Shown in pieces: positions 27,494 through 37,683 of a DNA stretch of 59,730 nucleotides. Origin of the DNA: an uncultured Candidatus Bathyarchaeia archaeon (GTDB lineage: Archaea > Thermoproteota > Bathyarchaeia > Bathyarchaeales > Bathyarchaeaceae); NCBI GenBank assembly GCA_964347555.1, contig CAYFZT010000001.1, positions 1 to 59,730 on the forward strand, given 5' to 3'. The translations under genes and the position numbers were made by a program. How positions within the stretch are numbered: position 1 is the first letter of the stretch; every line of letters begins with the position of its first letter. Under the pieces are notes generated by a model. The model had not been told where the DNA came from and did not search any database. It saw nothing but the letters and a program-made list of their open reading frames with translations.

Positions 27494-28682
27494 GTTTGCT
27501 TCTCCTAAACCGTTTCCTCGAAGGCGGCGTCTTCTTGTTGACTGGTGGCTTCTCGTATTTTTTTTGAATCTCTTCAGTTCTGCTTTCAAGATCCGCCTTT
27601 AACGAGTCTCCCATGTATTTGCCGCTGAAGGCGTCGGATCGGGCTGCAATAGCTAGCTTTCCAGCCAGCGCTCGAGCCAGTTTTCCTCTTTGCCAATGTT
27701 TTGCATCGTGGATGAGTGTGTGTTGAAAGATGATTCCGTGCTTAGGTGGGCGTGTTCCAGTTTTTAACGCTCTGAACAAAGCTTTTTCTGCGCCTAAAAC
27801 TTGAATTGTGCTTGCAGGCATCTTGGCAAGATTGTTTAGTCCGCCTGAAATGGCTATGAGTCTTGCACCTAAAAGGGAGCCAACCAAGGCTTGAATGTTT
27901 GGGGCTACTTCTCCCATTGTCGTGTCAAGGTAACTTTCTAAGGTTTGTCGCGCCTTGTAGAGATCCAATGTGTTTCTGCATATGTCTTGTATCTGGTCAA
28001 GGTCGGTTTCTGTGAGGTCGGCGCCCATAGATGATGAGGCTGTTTCAACTATCTGCTTAGCTTTGGTTTTTGGCAGTCCCTCCTTCTGTAGGCTTTCAAA
28101 GGTGAAGTTTTTCCTTTGTCCGAGATCTGCAACTAGTCGCGCGTAGGTCTCATGCTTCTCTACGAGACGATTCAGTTCTGGAAAGTGAAGCCCATACCAT
28201 TCACGTATTCGACTCATAAAGAGATTGATGGTTTTATCAAGATCGTCGATGGTCTGAATTGCTTGAGCCGCAACTAAATCTCGTTTCTCCGCAGCTTTCT
28301 TTACGCGTATCTTAGTCAGCCCCGTTGAAACATTGTGGGTTAACTCTCTAAGTTCAGCTTCCTTCTTTACGAATTCCACCTCAAGAGCAATTCTTTCAAG
28401 GTTCTCACGTAGCAAATTACCTGCCTCGGAAGGCGTTTCAGCTATCGCCTCTATTTTCAGCTTCTTGCAAGCGTTTCTTGCCAGTTCTGGATTTTCAAAA
28501 ACAAACTTGTCGTAGCCTTTTGCTTGCAGTTTTTCAACGAGTCTTGCAACTTCGTCGATTACTTGTCCAGTTTCAGTTTTTCCAAGTTTATCTGCGATTT
28601 TTTCCGAATCTTTTGGAAATAAAACTTTGTCTAAGAGTTGCTTTTTTTCTCCGAAGGCGAAGACGCCCATTACACACTGCAC
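27477..28682 (-). CDS. nop5: Nop56/58 (Nop5) C/D box sRNP core protein
   Basis: REWYGLHFPEL, GSLLGARLIAISGGLNNLAKMPASTIQVLGAEKALF, HGIIFQH, and a basic C-terminal tail. Confidence 0.9.
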   Translation of the reverse strand: MQCVMGVFAFGEKKQLLDKVLFPKDSEKIADKLGKTETGQVIDEVARLVEKLQAKGYDKFVFENPELARNACKKLKIEAIAETPSEAGNLLRENLERIALEVEFVKKEAELRELTHNVSTGLTKIRVKKAAEKRDLVAAQAIQTIDDLDKTINLFMSRIREWYGLHFPELNRLVEKHETYARLVADLGQRKNFTFESLQKEGLPKTKAKQIVETASSSMGADLTETDLDQIQDICRNTLDLYKARQTLESYLDTTMGEVAPNIQALVGSLLGARLIAISGGLNNLAKMPASTIQVLGAEKALFRALKTGTRPPKHGIIFQHTLIHDAKHWQRGKLARALAGKLAIAARSDAFSGKYMGDSLKADLESRTEEIQKKYEKPPVNKKTPPSRKRFRRSKRGYRR

Positions 28683-28953
28683 TATAGTTGCTTTCAGGTT
28701 TTTTCCTCCTTTTCGAATGGTCCCAGTGCTGCTTAGCCTTTATCTTAGCAATTGAATAACCTTTTGCTTTTTCAGCTAATTTTTCTTCGAGGTTATCTTC
28801 TTGCATGAGACTGTTCTCGAATTTTGGCTATTCTTTTTTTGGAATGTGATTCTTCAACTTGAGGTTTGTGTTCGTTGTATTTCGAATTCATATTGGCGCT
28901 TCATAATGCTAATTATCTTCTTAATGGTACAGAACAAAACTTGGTGAAATCCG

Positions 28954-29265
28954 TTGAGCATGACAACTCAGGTTGAAGAACTTGAAAAGGAAAAGGAGCG
29001 ACTGAGAAAAATATTGATTTCCGTAGAGGAAGAAGAGCAGTACCTGGGAAACAGACTTAGAGTGATCGAGGAGAAAATAGCGATTCAAGTGTTAAAAGAG
29101 AAGATTAAGGCGAGACGTGCGGTTGTGGATCAACTGAAATCCAGATTGTGGGCTCTGGAAAAACGAATGAAAGAGCCACAGAAGGCATCAGCAGCTTCAG
29201 AGAGAACGGAAAACCCTCAGAAGAAGACGTCTCCAGAAGTAGTGGTTAAAACGGCTCCTGCTTAG
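28954..29265 (+). CDS. Small coiled-coil protein, unknown function
   Basis: 103-aa charged heptad-rich ORF (TTG start, or ATG at 28960). Confidence 0.4.
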   Translation: MSMTTQVEELEKEKERLRKILISVEEEEQYLGNRLRVIEEKIAIQVLKEKIKARRAVVDQLKSRLWALEKRMKEPQKASAASERTENPQKKTSPEVVVKTAPA

Positions 29266-29408
29266 CAGTTAACAACCGGAGTAACCTTAAGGTTTAGCGC
29301 GAAAGAGAGCAAGGAATCTATACGAGTTTCTTTTGTAGAGTTTCTGCGATGGACTCCGCCCTATTGTCCAAACTTGCTGCAAAATTTGCTTCTATATAAG
29401 GAATAAGC

Positions 29409-31622
29409 TTAGGCTTCGTCAATGAATTTGCTAGGTTTAGGTATTTCCAGAGGCAACCCTCGTCTCTTGCGAATATCCCCGATAACAGTTTGCGCAATGT
29501 TTTCAGGAGCCTTTTCCCAATGGTCAAACTGGGTTTGCCAGAAGGCGTGTCCAGAGGTCGCGGACCTAAGTTCGGCGGCTAAGCCAAAGGTTTCAGCTAC
29601 TGGAATGTAGCCAGTTATCATTGTTAAGGGACCTTTCTGCTCAGAAGAGACTATTCTTCCTCTTTTTCGCGTGATTATGCTGCTTACTTCACCGACCCAC
29701 TGGGCTTGAACTGTTACGCCGATCTTATAGATTGGTTCTAGAATTGCTGGTTTGGCTGTTAGAAATGAACCGTATAAACCTCGGCGGGTAGCTGGCATGA
29801 TCTGGGCTGGTCCACGATGCACAGGGTCTTCGTGCAGTTGAGCGTCTAGGAGTTTGGTTTTTACTCCTCGCATTGGTTCTTGTGCTAAGGGACCGTTTTC
29901 TGCGCCCCATCTGAATCCAGAGATGACCATGTCTTTTACTTCGCGCAGATACTGAACCCCTTTTGTCGCGTCAATGAGGATGTTCTTGTGGTCTTCTAAT
30001 GCCAAGACATTTCTTGCTTCATCGGCTGGCCATCCGGCTTCCTTGTGTAGTATTGCGCCCATCTGTTTGCGGTTCATTTCCTCTGAGATGTCGCCCTTCT
30101 CGATCATCTCTAGAACTTTTTCATCCAGCGGTTCCACCTGTATCCAGAATTTGTTGTGTTTGTTTGGGCTTTTGGCCATAGCCACTATGCCTTGTCCTGC
30201 AACGCTTTCTCTATATACAACAATGGGTTTTGACGTGATAATTTCGAGGGTTCCGCTTGTGAAGTCTTTGAGAAACTTGCAGGCGATTTCAAGGTGAAGT
30301 TCTCCCATGCCGCTGAGAAGATATTCCCCTGTTTCCTTGTTGATTGTGGTTACCAGGTTGGGGTCTTCAATGCCTAAGCGATGCATAGCATCTACTAAGC
30401 GAGGCAGATCTCTCGGGTGTTTAGGTTCTATCGCAATTGTTACAACTGGTTCAGAAACATATTTTATGCGTTCAAAAGGCACCATTGCGTCTCTATGAGA
30501 GATGTCAATCATAGTTTCTCCAGCTCTGGCAAGGTCAAGTCCAAGCAACGCCGATATGTTTCCTGCACCAATGCGGCTAACAACTTCTCTAAAAGCTCCC
30601 ATATACATGGAAACCTGTTGAATTCGATAATCCTTTTTGGCACCAATAAGATAAACTTGGGCACCTTCTTCAACTGTTCCTGAAAACAATCGACCTGTAG
30701 CAACAAGTCCAGCGTGGGGATCCAACTGTGCCAGTGTTATACACATGACTGTAGGTCCGTTATCGCGACAGTGGAGCATGGCTTGTCCTATTTCAGAGTC
30801 TATGTCGCCCCTCCAAACCTTTGGAACCCTGTATTTCTGGGCTTCGACAGGGTTTGGATGATTTTTCACAACCATGTCCAGTATGGCGGTATGGAGAGGA
30901 AGGGTTTTCTGAAGTTCTTGCCACCGCTCTTGTTTATAGGCTTCAACAATGTCGCTGAATTTGATTCCTTTAGCTTGGGCTATGTTGACAGTGAAGCCCC
31001 ATTTGTGGAGGGCAGAACCAAAGGCAACTGTTTCTTTCGTGGCATCTACCTTCCAGTCATCTTTGAATTGGGGTTCTCCATATAATTCAATGAGATTGTT
31101 GAAGTCACGGATGATGCGACGAAGCTTCTTTTCAACTTCGTCGGAGCTAAGCTTGAGTTCTCTTATGAGGCGGTCAATCTTGTTAATGAACAGCACGGGC
31201 TTAACTCGTTCCGCCAGTGCCTGTCTGGTCACGGTTTCTGTTTGAACCATAACTTCTTCCACGGCGTCAACCACGACAACAGCGCCGTCGATGGCTCTCA
31301 GAGCTCGTGTTACTTTGCCTGTGAAATCCACATGTCCAGGTGTGTCGATTAGGTTGATAACGTAAGGTTTGTCTCCCATTTCATGAAGCAAGGAGATGTT
31401 CGCCGTTTTTATCGTGATACCTCTTTTCTGCTCTTCTTCCAGATAATCGAGAGCTCGAGCCTCTCCAGCGATTTTTGGCGATAACAATCCAGCTTCGGCT
31501 AGTAGAGAATCAGTCATCGTGGTTTTACCATGGTCAATATGCGCAATAATGCCGATGTCACGAATATCCTCTTTCCTACTCATAAGCTTGAGAATGTCAC
31601 TTGTCTGTCGAAATCTTGGCAT
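29409..31622 (-). CDS. fusA: Translation elongation factor 2 (aEF-2)
   Basis: GTPase motifs AHIDHGKTT, DTPGHVDF and NKID. A diphthamide-region His lies in the HRGPAQ segment. The length is canonical. Confidence 0.95.
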   Translation of the reverse strand: MPRFRQTSDILKLMSRKEDIRDIGIIAHIDHGKTTMTDSLLAEAGLLSPKIAGEARALDYLEEEQKRGITIKTANISLLHEMGDKPYVINLIDTPGHVDFTGKVTRALRAIDGAVVVVDAVEEVMVQTETVTRQALAERVKPVLFINKIDRLIRELKLSSDEVEKKLRRIIRDFNNLIELYGEPQFKDDWKVDATKETVAFGSALHKWGFTVNIAQAKGIKFSDIVEAYKQERWQELQKTLPLHTAILDMVVKNHPNPVEAQKYRVPKVWRGDIDSEIGQAMLHCRDNGPTVMCITLAQLDPHAGLVATGRLFSGTVEEGAQVYLIGAKKDYRIQQVSMYMGAFREVVSRIGAGNISALLGLDLARAGETMIDISHRDAMVPFERIKYVSEPVVTIAIEPKHPRDLPRLVDAMHRLGIEDPNLVTTINKETGEYLLSGMGELHLEIACKFLKDFTSGTLEIITSKPIVVYRESVAGQGIVAMAKSPNKHNKFWIQVEPLDEKVLEMIEKGDISEEMNRKQMGAILHKEAGWPADEARNVLALEDHKNILIDATKGVQYLREVKDMVISGFRWGAENGPLAQEPMRGVKTKLLDAQLHEDPVHRGPAQIMPATRRGLYGSFLTAKPAILEPIYKIGVTVQAQWVGEVSSIITRKRGRIVSSEQKGPLTMITGYIPVAETFGLAAELRSATSGHAFWQTQFDHWEKAPENIAQTVIGDIRKRRGLPLEIPKPSKFIDEA

Positions 31623-31801
31623 GTTTTACTTCCCTGCCAGTGGTGAGCTAGCATGGTAGTTTAAAGTCTAACCTATTAACTTTACGTTATAACCGTCCTC
31701 GCACTTCTGTGTGTATAAGACCTTAGCCTAAAAGTCGTACGTGCAACACCTTAACCGCAACCCTTAAGAACCGCCTTACTAAATGAGCATGAAGACTTGA
31801 A

Positions 31802-32263
31802 GTGAGTGTAGAAGAAATGTCAGATAAAGAATCTCCTGAAAGTCAAGAGTTGATGAAGATAGAGAAGTTAACCCCGCGTTCAAGAGGAGTAAACACCATT
31901 GTGAAGGTAATCTCCAAAAGCCAAGTGAGGAATGTCACTGGAAGAGACTACACAGTGCACAGAGTTTCAGACGTCTTAGTGGGAGATGAAACAGGATGTG
32001 TTTACCTAACGCTTTGGGATGATAGCATTGACAAAGTAAACGAGGAAGCCACATTGCGCATTACTAATGGCTATGTGAACCTCTTCAGAGGAAACATGCG
32101 CCTAAATATAGGAAGATACGGCAGCTTCGAACTGCTTGAAGAATCTCCCATAAAGAAAGTGAACACAGAGAACAATTTATCAGATAAACGCTACGAACAA
32201 GAACAGCGGTTCCGCAGAAGAAGATACGATGACAGACGAGGATACCAGCGAAGAAGGTACTAA
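31802..32263 (+). CDS. ssb: Single OB-fold ssDNA-binding protein (crenarchaeal-type SSB) with an Arg/Tyr-rich tail
   Basis: VNTIVKVISKS...VSDVLVGDETGCVYLTLWDD...LRITNGYVNLFRGNMRLNIG parallels my recollection of the Sulfolobus SSB OB fold. Tail is RFRRRRYDDRRGYQRRRY. Confidence 0.7.
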   Translation: MSVEEMSDKESPESQELMKIEKLTPRSRGVNTIVKVISKSQVRNVTGRDYTVHRVSDVLVGDETGCVYLTLWDDSIDKVNEEATLRITNGYVNLFRGNMRLNIGRYGSFELLEESPIKKVNTENNLSDKRYEQEQRFRRRRYDDRRGYQRRRY

Positions 32264-32264
32264 C

Positions 32265-32360
32265 CTATTTAGACTTCTTTCTCCGTCTGGTTCTCTTCTT
32301 TTTCGCCCTTTTCTGTTTCTTCTTTTTAGTTTTCTTGGTCATACTCCGATGCCTAGGCAT
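32265..32360 (-). CDS. Possible Lys/Arg-rich micro-protein (L41e-like?)
   Basis: My own reading gives MPRHRSMTKKTKKKKQKRAKKKRTRRRKKSK. The internal Met gives a 25-aa peptide ending in SK, like ribosomal protein L41e. Composition-only evidence. Confidence 0.25.
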   Translation of the reverse strand: MPRHRSMTKKTKKKKQKRAKKKRTRRRKKSK

Positions 32361-32521
32361 ATTGATCCGTTTTCCTTTTGCGACTCCAACTTGTCGTGTA
32401 ACTCTTAAAGTTTCCTCTTTCTAGCCCTCTTAACTTTTTCGGACCTTCAACTTAAAATGTTAACGTGGCGCTCTCTAAAATCAAACTACGAAGAAAGGGT
32501 GGAAAGGAAGAATCATATAGA

Positions 32522-32770
32522 CTACTTTTTGAAGTCTGTTTTCTGTTTAAGTTCGAGATTTGCAAGAAGTTTCCTTACTTCTGCTCTGCACTTCATACAT
32601 TGTTCCGAAAACTCTTTCTCTGGTAAGGGACCTAGTGAGTCACAGCTGATTTCGCCATTCTTATTTATAGTTAGACAGCAAGGTGGATAGCGTCCAGAGC
32701 TGGCTAGTCCTTCCTGTATAATAGTGATTTCAGCGAGTATGTTGCCCATGCGATTTCTTATGTTAGTCAC
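32522..32770 (-). CDS. Small Cys-containing hypothetical protein
   Basis: 82-aa ORF with CC...C...C..C spacing. No homology recognised. Confidence 0.4.
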   Translation of the reverse strand: MTNIRNRMGNILAEITIIQEGLASSGRYPPCCLTINKNGEISCDSLGPLPEKEFSEQCMKCRAEVRKLLANLELKQKTDFKK

Positions 32771-32921
32771 TTGAAAACTTCTCCATGTATTAAAGAGGAA
32801 GAGTATGAGATATAGCGTTGATTACGATTCCATATATATATTCGAGACAAGACATATGCAATCGAGATAGCCTGTTCTAACGAAGAAACCAAAGAAGATT
32901 TCAGCTTGGGAAATAAATTTT

Positions 32922-33260
32922 TCAGCAGGTTAAGTGAAAAGCAGCTACGACTCTTCTAGACTGAGAAAGGCGATTATAGGTTTTGTAAGCCTGCCTCGTG
33001 TTTTCAATGACAAGTTCAATGTTTTTAGATCTAACGTAGTCTTTGACTTCTTGCGGAACCTTCATGAGTCCAGTGTAGCCAGTGCCAATAACGAGTACGT
33101 CAGGTTTAGCCTCAAAAGCCTCCTTCAAATCGTCTAGGCTCAGTTTGTGACCTTCCTTCCTCCACCAACTGTCTTTCACATGATCGGGAAAAATTATGAC
33201 ATCGCTGCTGTATCTACGCCCGTTTATCGTGATTTTACCGAAGGTATAAGATTCAATCAA
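32922..33260 (-). CDS. Mth938-like (DUF498 / NDUFAF3-family) protein
   Basis: FGKITINGRRYSSDVIIFP...WWRKEGHKLSLDDL...DVLVIGTGYTGLMKV...AFHLTC matches the family pattern as I recall it. Confidence 0.7.
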   Translation of the reverse strand: MIESYTFGKITINGRRYSSDVIIFPDHVKDSWWRKEGHKLSLDDLKEAFEAKPDVLVIGTGYTGLMKVPQEVKDYVRSKNIELVIENTRQAYKTYNRLSQSRRVVAAFHLTC

Positions 33261-33426
33261 AGAAGTACGACTCCAAAGTTATTTGGCAATCTTGATCTTT
33301 TGAGGTTTTCTAAATTTTTGATCTTAACATTCACTTTCGGTGCACTCTCTCTGGTACATTAGTTGATGTCTCATCGACTTCTTTAAATCTTAACGTATTT
33401 GAAAGTTCCTCTAGGAGAGAACCGTT

Positions 33427-33576
33427 ATGAAAAGTGTAGCTGAACACTGCAAGAACCCATGGAACGGAAAATGCACCAGTACCGAAATTCAGCTTTACAT
33501 CTACTATAGAAATAGACAGCTACCAATCTGTCGAAGATGCTGGAGCCAAATCGCCGAAAAGAACACGGAATGGTGA
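33427..33576 (+). CDS. Possible 49-aa zinc-binding micro-protein
   Basis: My own reading gives MKSVAEHCKNPWNGKCTSTEIQLYIYYRNRQLPICRRCWSQIAEKNTEW, with an HC..(7)..C / C..C arrangement. Confidence 0.3.
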   Translation: MKSVAEHCKNPWNGKCTSTEIQLYIYYRNRQLPICRRCWSQIAEKNTEW

Positions 33577-33703
33577 AAACATCCCGTTTGTTCCAGCGAA
33601 CATAATTAGAATATATTGACCTGCAAGTTTCTCACATGGTTTTTATAGTAGTTTGTCATGGTGTAGTGGGAAACCAGTCATCCACATTGAGGAGTCAGCA
33701 TCC

Positions 33704-34660
33704 ATGTACACTGTCGAGACCCAAAACCTGTCAAAAAGCTACGGTAAGGTTCAGGCATTGAAGGGTCTCGATTTCAAGGTAGACCCCGGAGAGATCATGG
33801 TCTTGTTGGGACCAAACGGTTCAGGAAAGACCACGTTGCTTCTTATTCTCGCAACGGTTCTGAAACCCTCTGCCGGCTTAGCCCGAGTAGGGGACTACGA
33901 CGTGACTAAGGAGCCAACTAAGGTTCGCCAGATTCTTGGCATTTCATTTCAAGAAGCAAGAGGATTCTGGAGACACAAACCCGCAGAGATTCTACGTTTC
34001 CACGCAGATGTGTGTGGTGTTCCCAAGAATAAACGTGACGATTTAATAGAGACCGTGATGAAAGAGCTGGAGCTTTGGGAAGCACGCAACAAACTGTTCA
34101 TGCACTTGTCAGGAGGTCAAGCTAAAAGACTAGAGGTATCTAAACTTCTGATACAACGCCCCAAGCTTGCAATTTTTGATGAACCAAGCAGTCAAGTGGA
34201 TCTGCGAGGCAAACGGAAGATCTGGGAGCAGATACGCAGACTGAGAGAGGAAGGCTCAACTATCTTAATTGCGACAAACGAAGTGAGAGAAGCAGAATAC
34301 CTAGCTGACAGAGTAACCATCTTAGATCAGGGGAAAAGCGTTGTCTGCGACACAGTCAGAAACTTGAAAGACAAAATTGCAGGAGGCGACATAGTTGAAC
34401 TCGAGCTGGAACCTGGAAAAAACAGCACAAGACTTCAAGAAGAACTGAAACAGATCCAAGGAACCGTCAGTCTAGTGACAGCTGGCGAAAACCGATTCAA
34501 GGCTTATGTTTCAATCGCCGAAGCATGGGTCCCAAAAATGACAAATCTTTGCTTCAAAAGAAAAGCACGTCTCGTGTCAGTGAGGGTAACGGAACCATCT
34601 CTCGACGACGTCTTCTTACACTTCACGGGCAAGGCATTGGAGGCTCCAAAAAGTGCGTAA
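33704..34660 (+). CDS. ABC transporter ATP-binding protein (ABC-2 exporter type)
   Basis: Walker A GPNGSGKTT, signature LSGGQAKR, Walker B AIFDEPSS. The start is taken at the Met of MYTVETQNL, preceded by GAGGAG. Confidence 0.85.
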   Translation: MYTVETQNLSKSYGKVQALKGLDFKVDPGEIMVLLGPNGSGKTTLLLILATVLKPSAGLARVGDYDVTKEPTKVRQILGISFQEARGFWRHKPAEILRFHADVCGVPKNKRDDLIETVMKELELWEARNKLFMHLSGGQAKRLEVSKLLIQRPKLAIFDEPSSQVDLRGKRKIWEQIRRLREEGSTILIATNEVREAEYLADRVTILDQGKSVVCDTVRNLKDKIAGGDIVELELEPGKNSTRLQEELKQIQGTVSLVTAGENRFKAYVSIAEAWVPKMTNLCFKRKARLVSVRVTEPSLDDVFLHFTGKALEAPKSA

Positions 34661-35414
34661 CATCATTCGCCTGGTATGGTTCGACTTGAAACATGAACTT
34701 AGGCCACCAGTGTGGATAATCATGGAATGGGTGACTTTCACTATTCAACTCGCTATCTATGGAGCCCTAATTTCCCAGCTCGTCTCCGGCGTAAGCAGCT
34801 ATCAGCAATTTTACGCTGTAGGTTTCGTAGTTATGATGACCTTTGATGTTGCATCTCACACAGGGCGTCACTTTGTGGAACATGCTCACGAAGGACGGTT
34901 GCCCTACATGCTTAGCCTTCCAATCTCCCGATCAAAACTGTTTTTTTCAATAGCTCTGCAAGGTGGAGTTGAACTTGCTCTGTTGATCTCAGTTCCCTTG
35001 GCTATTACCTTGGCGCTCATTGGGAATCTCACAGTAATCTCGGTAGTAGCTGCCATAGCTACTCTCTTTTGTCTCGGCTTCGGAGTTGCAGGGGTAATGT
35101 TAGGCTTATCTTTCATAGCCTTCAAATCGGCAGACTTGTACACAGCAATCACCGTAGGCTTAAGCAGTATCATAATCCGCTTCAGCACTGTACTTTACCC
35201 CTTCATATTTCTGCCACCAGGCTATGCTGCGGCTGCCTTTTTCAGTCCCTTAACCTATGGAGCGGACTTGGTGCGCCTCTTCTTGGGATTTGACCCTAGC
35301 ATACTCTTGAACCCCGTCTACTCTGTGGCTGTCCTCACCGCTCTAGCAGTCAGCACCCTAGCCTTGGGTGTGTTGCTTCTTCAACGTTTGGTAGAGGGTG
35401 TGAAGAGCGCATGA
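34653..35414 (+). CDS. ABC-2 type transporter permease
   Basis: Six hydrophobic segments. Overlaps the ATPase gene. Confidence 0.7.
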   Translation: MRNIIRLVWFDLKHELRPPVWIIMEWVTFTIQLAIYGALISQLVSGVSSYQQFYAVGFVVMMTFDVASHTGRHFVEHAHEGRLPYMLSLPISRSKLFFSIALQGGVELALLISVPLAITLALIGNLTVISVVAAIATLFCLGFGVAGVMLGLSFIAFKSADLYTAITVGLSSIIIRFSTVLYPFIFLPPGYAAAAFFSPLTYGADLVRLFLGFDPSILLNPVYSVAVLTALAVSTLALGVLLLQRLVEGVKSA

Positions 35415-36187
35415 AAGAACTGGTACGAATATTGAGGCTGGCTGGTAACGACTTCTCCTACTTTTTCAGAACCAAATGGCTCATGGCAATTCTCCTAAGC
35501 CTAAACCTTTCAGACATGCTCGTTGTTGCTCTAGTTTATGGAAAACTAATGACCTTCGACTACTTTCAGTTCTTTGTTCCAGGTGTCGTGATTATGGGTC
35601 TCTTCGTAGCGGCTTTAGACACTGGGAGACGCATATGGCTGGCAATCCGTGAAGGTGTGATTCACTATTATCTGTCCTTGCCGATCAGCACTGAAGGCAT
35701 TGTGGCTGCTTACCTGCTGGCTGGAGGACTCGCCGCTTTAGTGTACTCTAGTTCGCTTCTGTTAATCGCTCTCATTGTCCTTCCTGCACATGCCATTTGG
35801 AACACTTTCGTCTTTTTACCCTTCCTTTTCGTTCTTGCCATGGGGTTAGCAGGCATTGCTGCTGCCCTTGCTGCATTGGCTTCGACTCATGGAGAGTTCT
35901 TCTTCGCTTATCAGCAGATCGTGCAAGTTGTGTTGATGACTTTAAGCACTGTGTTTTATCCTATGGACATTGTCAGGCAATATCTTCCACAAGTTCTGGT
36001 AAGCGTTGTTTCAGTTAATCCCCTAAGCCTCGCTGCAGAAGCTATGCGCAAATACACCTTTGCTGGATCCCCAATTGAACCTTGGTCTTTGTTGCCCCTC
36101 CTACTAACAAGCATTCCATTAGCCTTCGTAGGGGCTTTCACCTACCTAGCAGCACTACGCGCTATCCAAGTTAAAGGAAAACTATAA
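35411..36187 (+). CDS. ABC-2 type transporter permease (second subunit)
   Basis: Six hydrophobic segments. ATGA overlap with the preceding permease. Confidence 0.7.
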   Translation: MKELVRILRLAGNDFSYFFRTKWLMAILLSLNLSDMLVVALVYGKLMTFDYFQFFVPGVVIMGLFVAALDTGRRIWLAIREGVIHYYLSLPISTEGIVAAYLLAGGLAALVYSSSLLLIALIVLPAHAIWNTFVFLPFLFVLAMGLAGIAAALAALASTHGEFFFAYQQIVQVVLMTLSTVFYPMDIVRQYLPQVLVSVVSVNPLSLAAEAMRKYTFAGSPIEPWSLLPLLLTSIPLAFVGAFTYLAALRAIQVKGKL

Positions 36188-36329
36188 TATCATTCATAGC
36201 CAGCGAATCAAATCTGGTACGCTGTTCAACATGAAAAGACGCTGAATTATTGTTGCCTAACATAAATCATAAAGGCTATGTTCTGTCAACTCGTAAGAAG
36301 AATGTCTAAAACAGCAAAGAAGGCTTCCC

Positions 36330-37682
36330 GTGTTGAACCTTAAGATTGAGAATGCAACAGTTGTTACAATGAGCCCTAAAGGAACAATGCACAACGCAAC
36401 CGTCATAGTTGAAAACGGACGTATCGCAGAATTAGACAAAGACTCTAGGCTGAATCGCAGATTCCCTAGATACGAGAAAATCGATGCAAGGGGCAAAGTT
36501 GTAATTCCAGGGCTTGTAAACACTCATCAACACATCGCTATGAGCCTCCTCCGAGGCTACGCAGACGACATTCCTTTACAAGAATGGCTGGAAAACCGAA
36601 TTTGGCCCCTTGAAAAACACATGACCGGCGAAGACATCTATACAGGTGCTCTTTTAACAGCAGTTGAAGCCCTCATGGGCGGCACAACCACAATCAACAC
36701 CATGTACCATTTTAAAGAAGAAGGCAACGAAGCCCAAGCCTTGAATAAAGTGGGCCTCAGAGGCATAGTAGGCCACGTCTGCTTCTCTTGGAGAAAAGAT
36801 GAAGACAGAAGGGCGTTGTGGAGCCTGGCAAAGAACTGGCATAATAAAGCCGAAGGTCTCTTAAGGGTCAGTGTGGATCCTCATGCTCCTTACACGGTTG
36901 ATCCAGAATACATGAGGGAACTGAGGGAAATCACTAAAGAGTTGAACGAAAAATATGGCGCTTCTCAGGCTCCAATAATGTGGCACACACACATTGCCGA
37001 AACCAGCGACGAACCAGACAAGATCAATAGAGAGTTCAAAGTTTCCGTCAAAGGAGGAGTTGTAGAGTATTTAGATTCTTTAAGCGTGCTCCAAAATGAT
37101 GTCTTAGCGGCTCACTGCGTTTCTCTCACTCCTAAAGATATACAAATTCTCAAGCAAAGAAACGTTAAGGTTTCCCACAATCCAATCTCTAATCTAAAGT
37201 TAGGTTCAGGCATCAGCCCAGTTCCAGACCTGTTGAAGGCAGGAGTCACAGTGTCACTAGGGACAGATAGCCCTTGCTCCAACAACAGTGCAGACATGTT
37301 TGAAGTCACGAAGACAACTGCGTTGTTACACAAAGGCGTCAAAAAAGAGCCAACCTTTTTGTCAGCTGAGCAAGTGTTGCGGATGGCTACAATTGAGGGT
37401 GCAAAGGCGCTTTTATGGGAAAAAGAGATAGGCTCAATCGAAGTTGGCAAAGACGCTGACTTGGTAATTGTTGATTTTAAGAAGCCTCATCTGCAACCTC
37501 TTTTCAACGAAGTGAGTCATCTCGTTTACTCAGCTAAAGCATCAGATGTAGATACGGTCTTGGTTAAGGGCAAAATCCTCATGGAAAACCGCAAGATAAC
37601 AGCTGTAAATGTTAAGAAAATTTTAGACCTTGCAGAAAGAGCCAGACAAAGGCTTCTAGTGAAACTGCAAAATGAAAAGTAA
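36330..37682 (+). CDS. mtaD: Amidohydrolase, MTA/SAH deaminase-like (MtaD/DadD family)
   Basis: PGLVNTHQHIAMSLLRGYADDIPLQEWL, HIAET, LAAHCV, GTDS, and GSIEVGKDADLVIVD. Confidence 0.7.
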   Translation: MLNLKIENATVVTMSPKGTMHNATVIVENGRIAELDKDSRLNRRFPRYEKIDARGKVVIPGLVNTHQHIAMSLLRGYADDIPLQEWLENRIWPLEKHMTGEDIYTGALLTAVEALMGGTTTINTMYHFKEEGNEAQALNKVGLRGIVGHVCFSWRKDEDRRALWSLAKNWHNKAEGLLRVSVDPHAPYTVDPEYMRELREITKELNEKYGASQAPIMWHTHIAETSDEPDKINREFKVSVKGGVVEYLDSLSVLQNDVLAAHCVSLTPKDIQILKQRNVKVSHNPISNLKLGSGISPVPDLLKAGVTVSLGTDSPCSNNSADMFEVTKTTALLHKGVKKEPTFLSAEQVLRMATIEGAKALLWEKEIGSIEVGKDADLVIVDFKKPHLQPLFNEVSHLVYSAKASDVDTVLVKGKILMENRKITAVNVKKILDLAERARQRLLVKLQNEK

Positions 37683-37683
37683 C

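Noticed and set aside
28588-28806. 72-aa minus-strand ORF upstream of and overlapping nop5
   Set aside because: It overlaps the well-supported nop5 N-terminus in another frame by about 95 nt and has no recognisable family.
29318-29527. 69-aa minus-strand ORF at the aEF-2 3' end
   Set aside because: It overlaps the conserved aEF-2 C-terminus out of frame.
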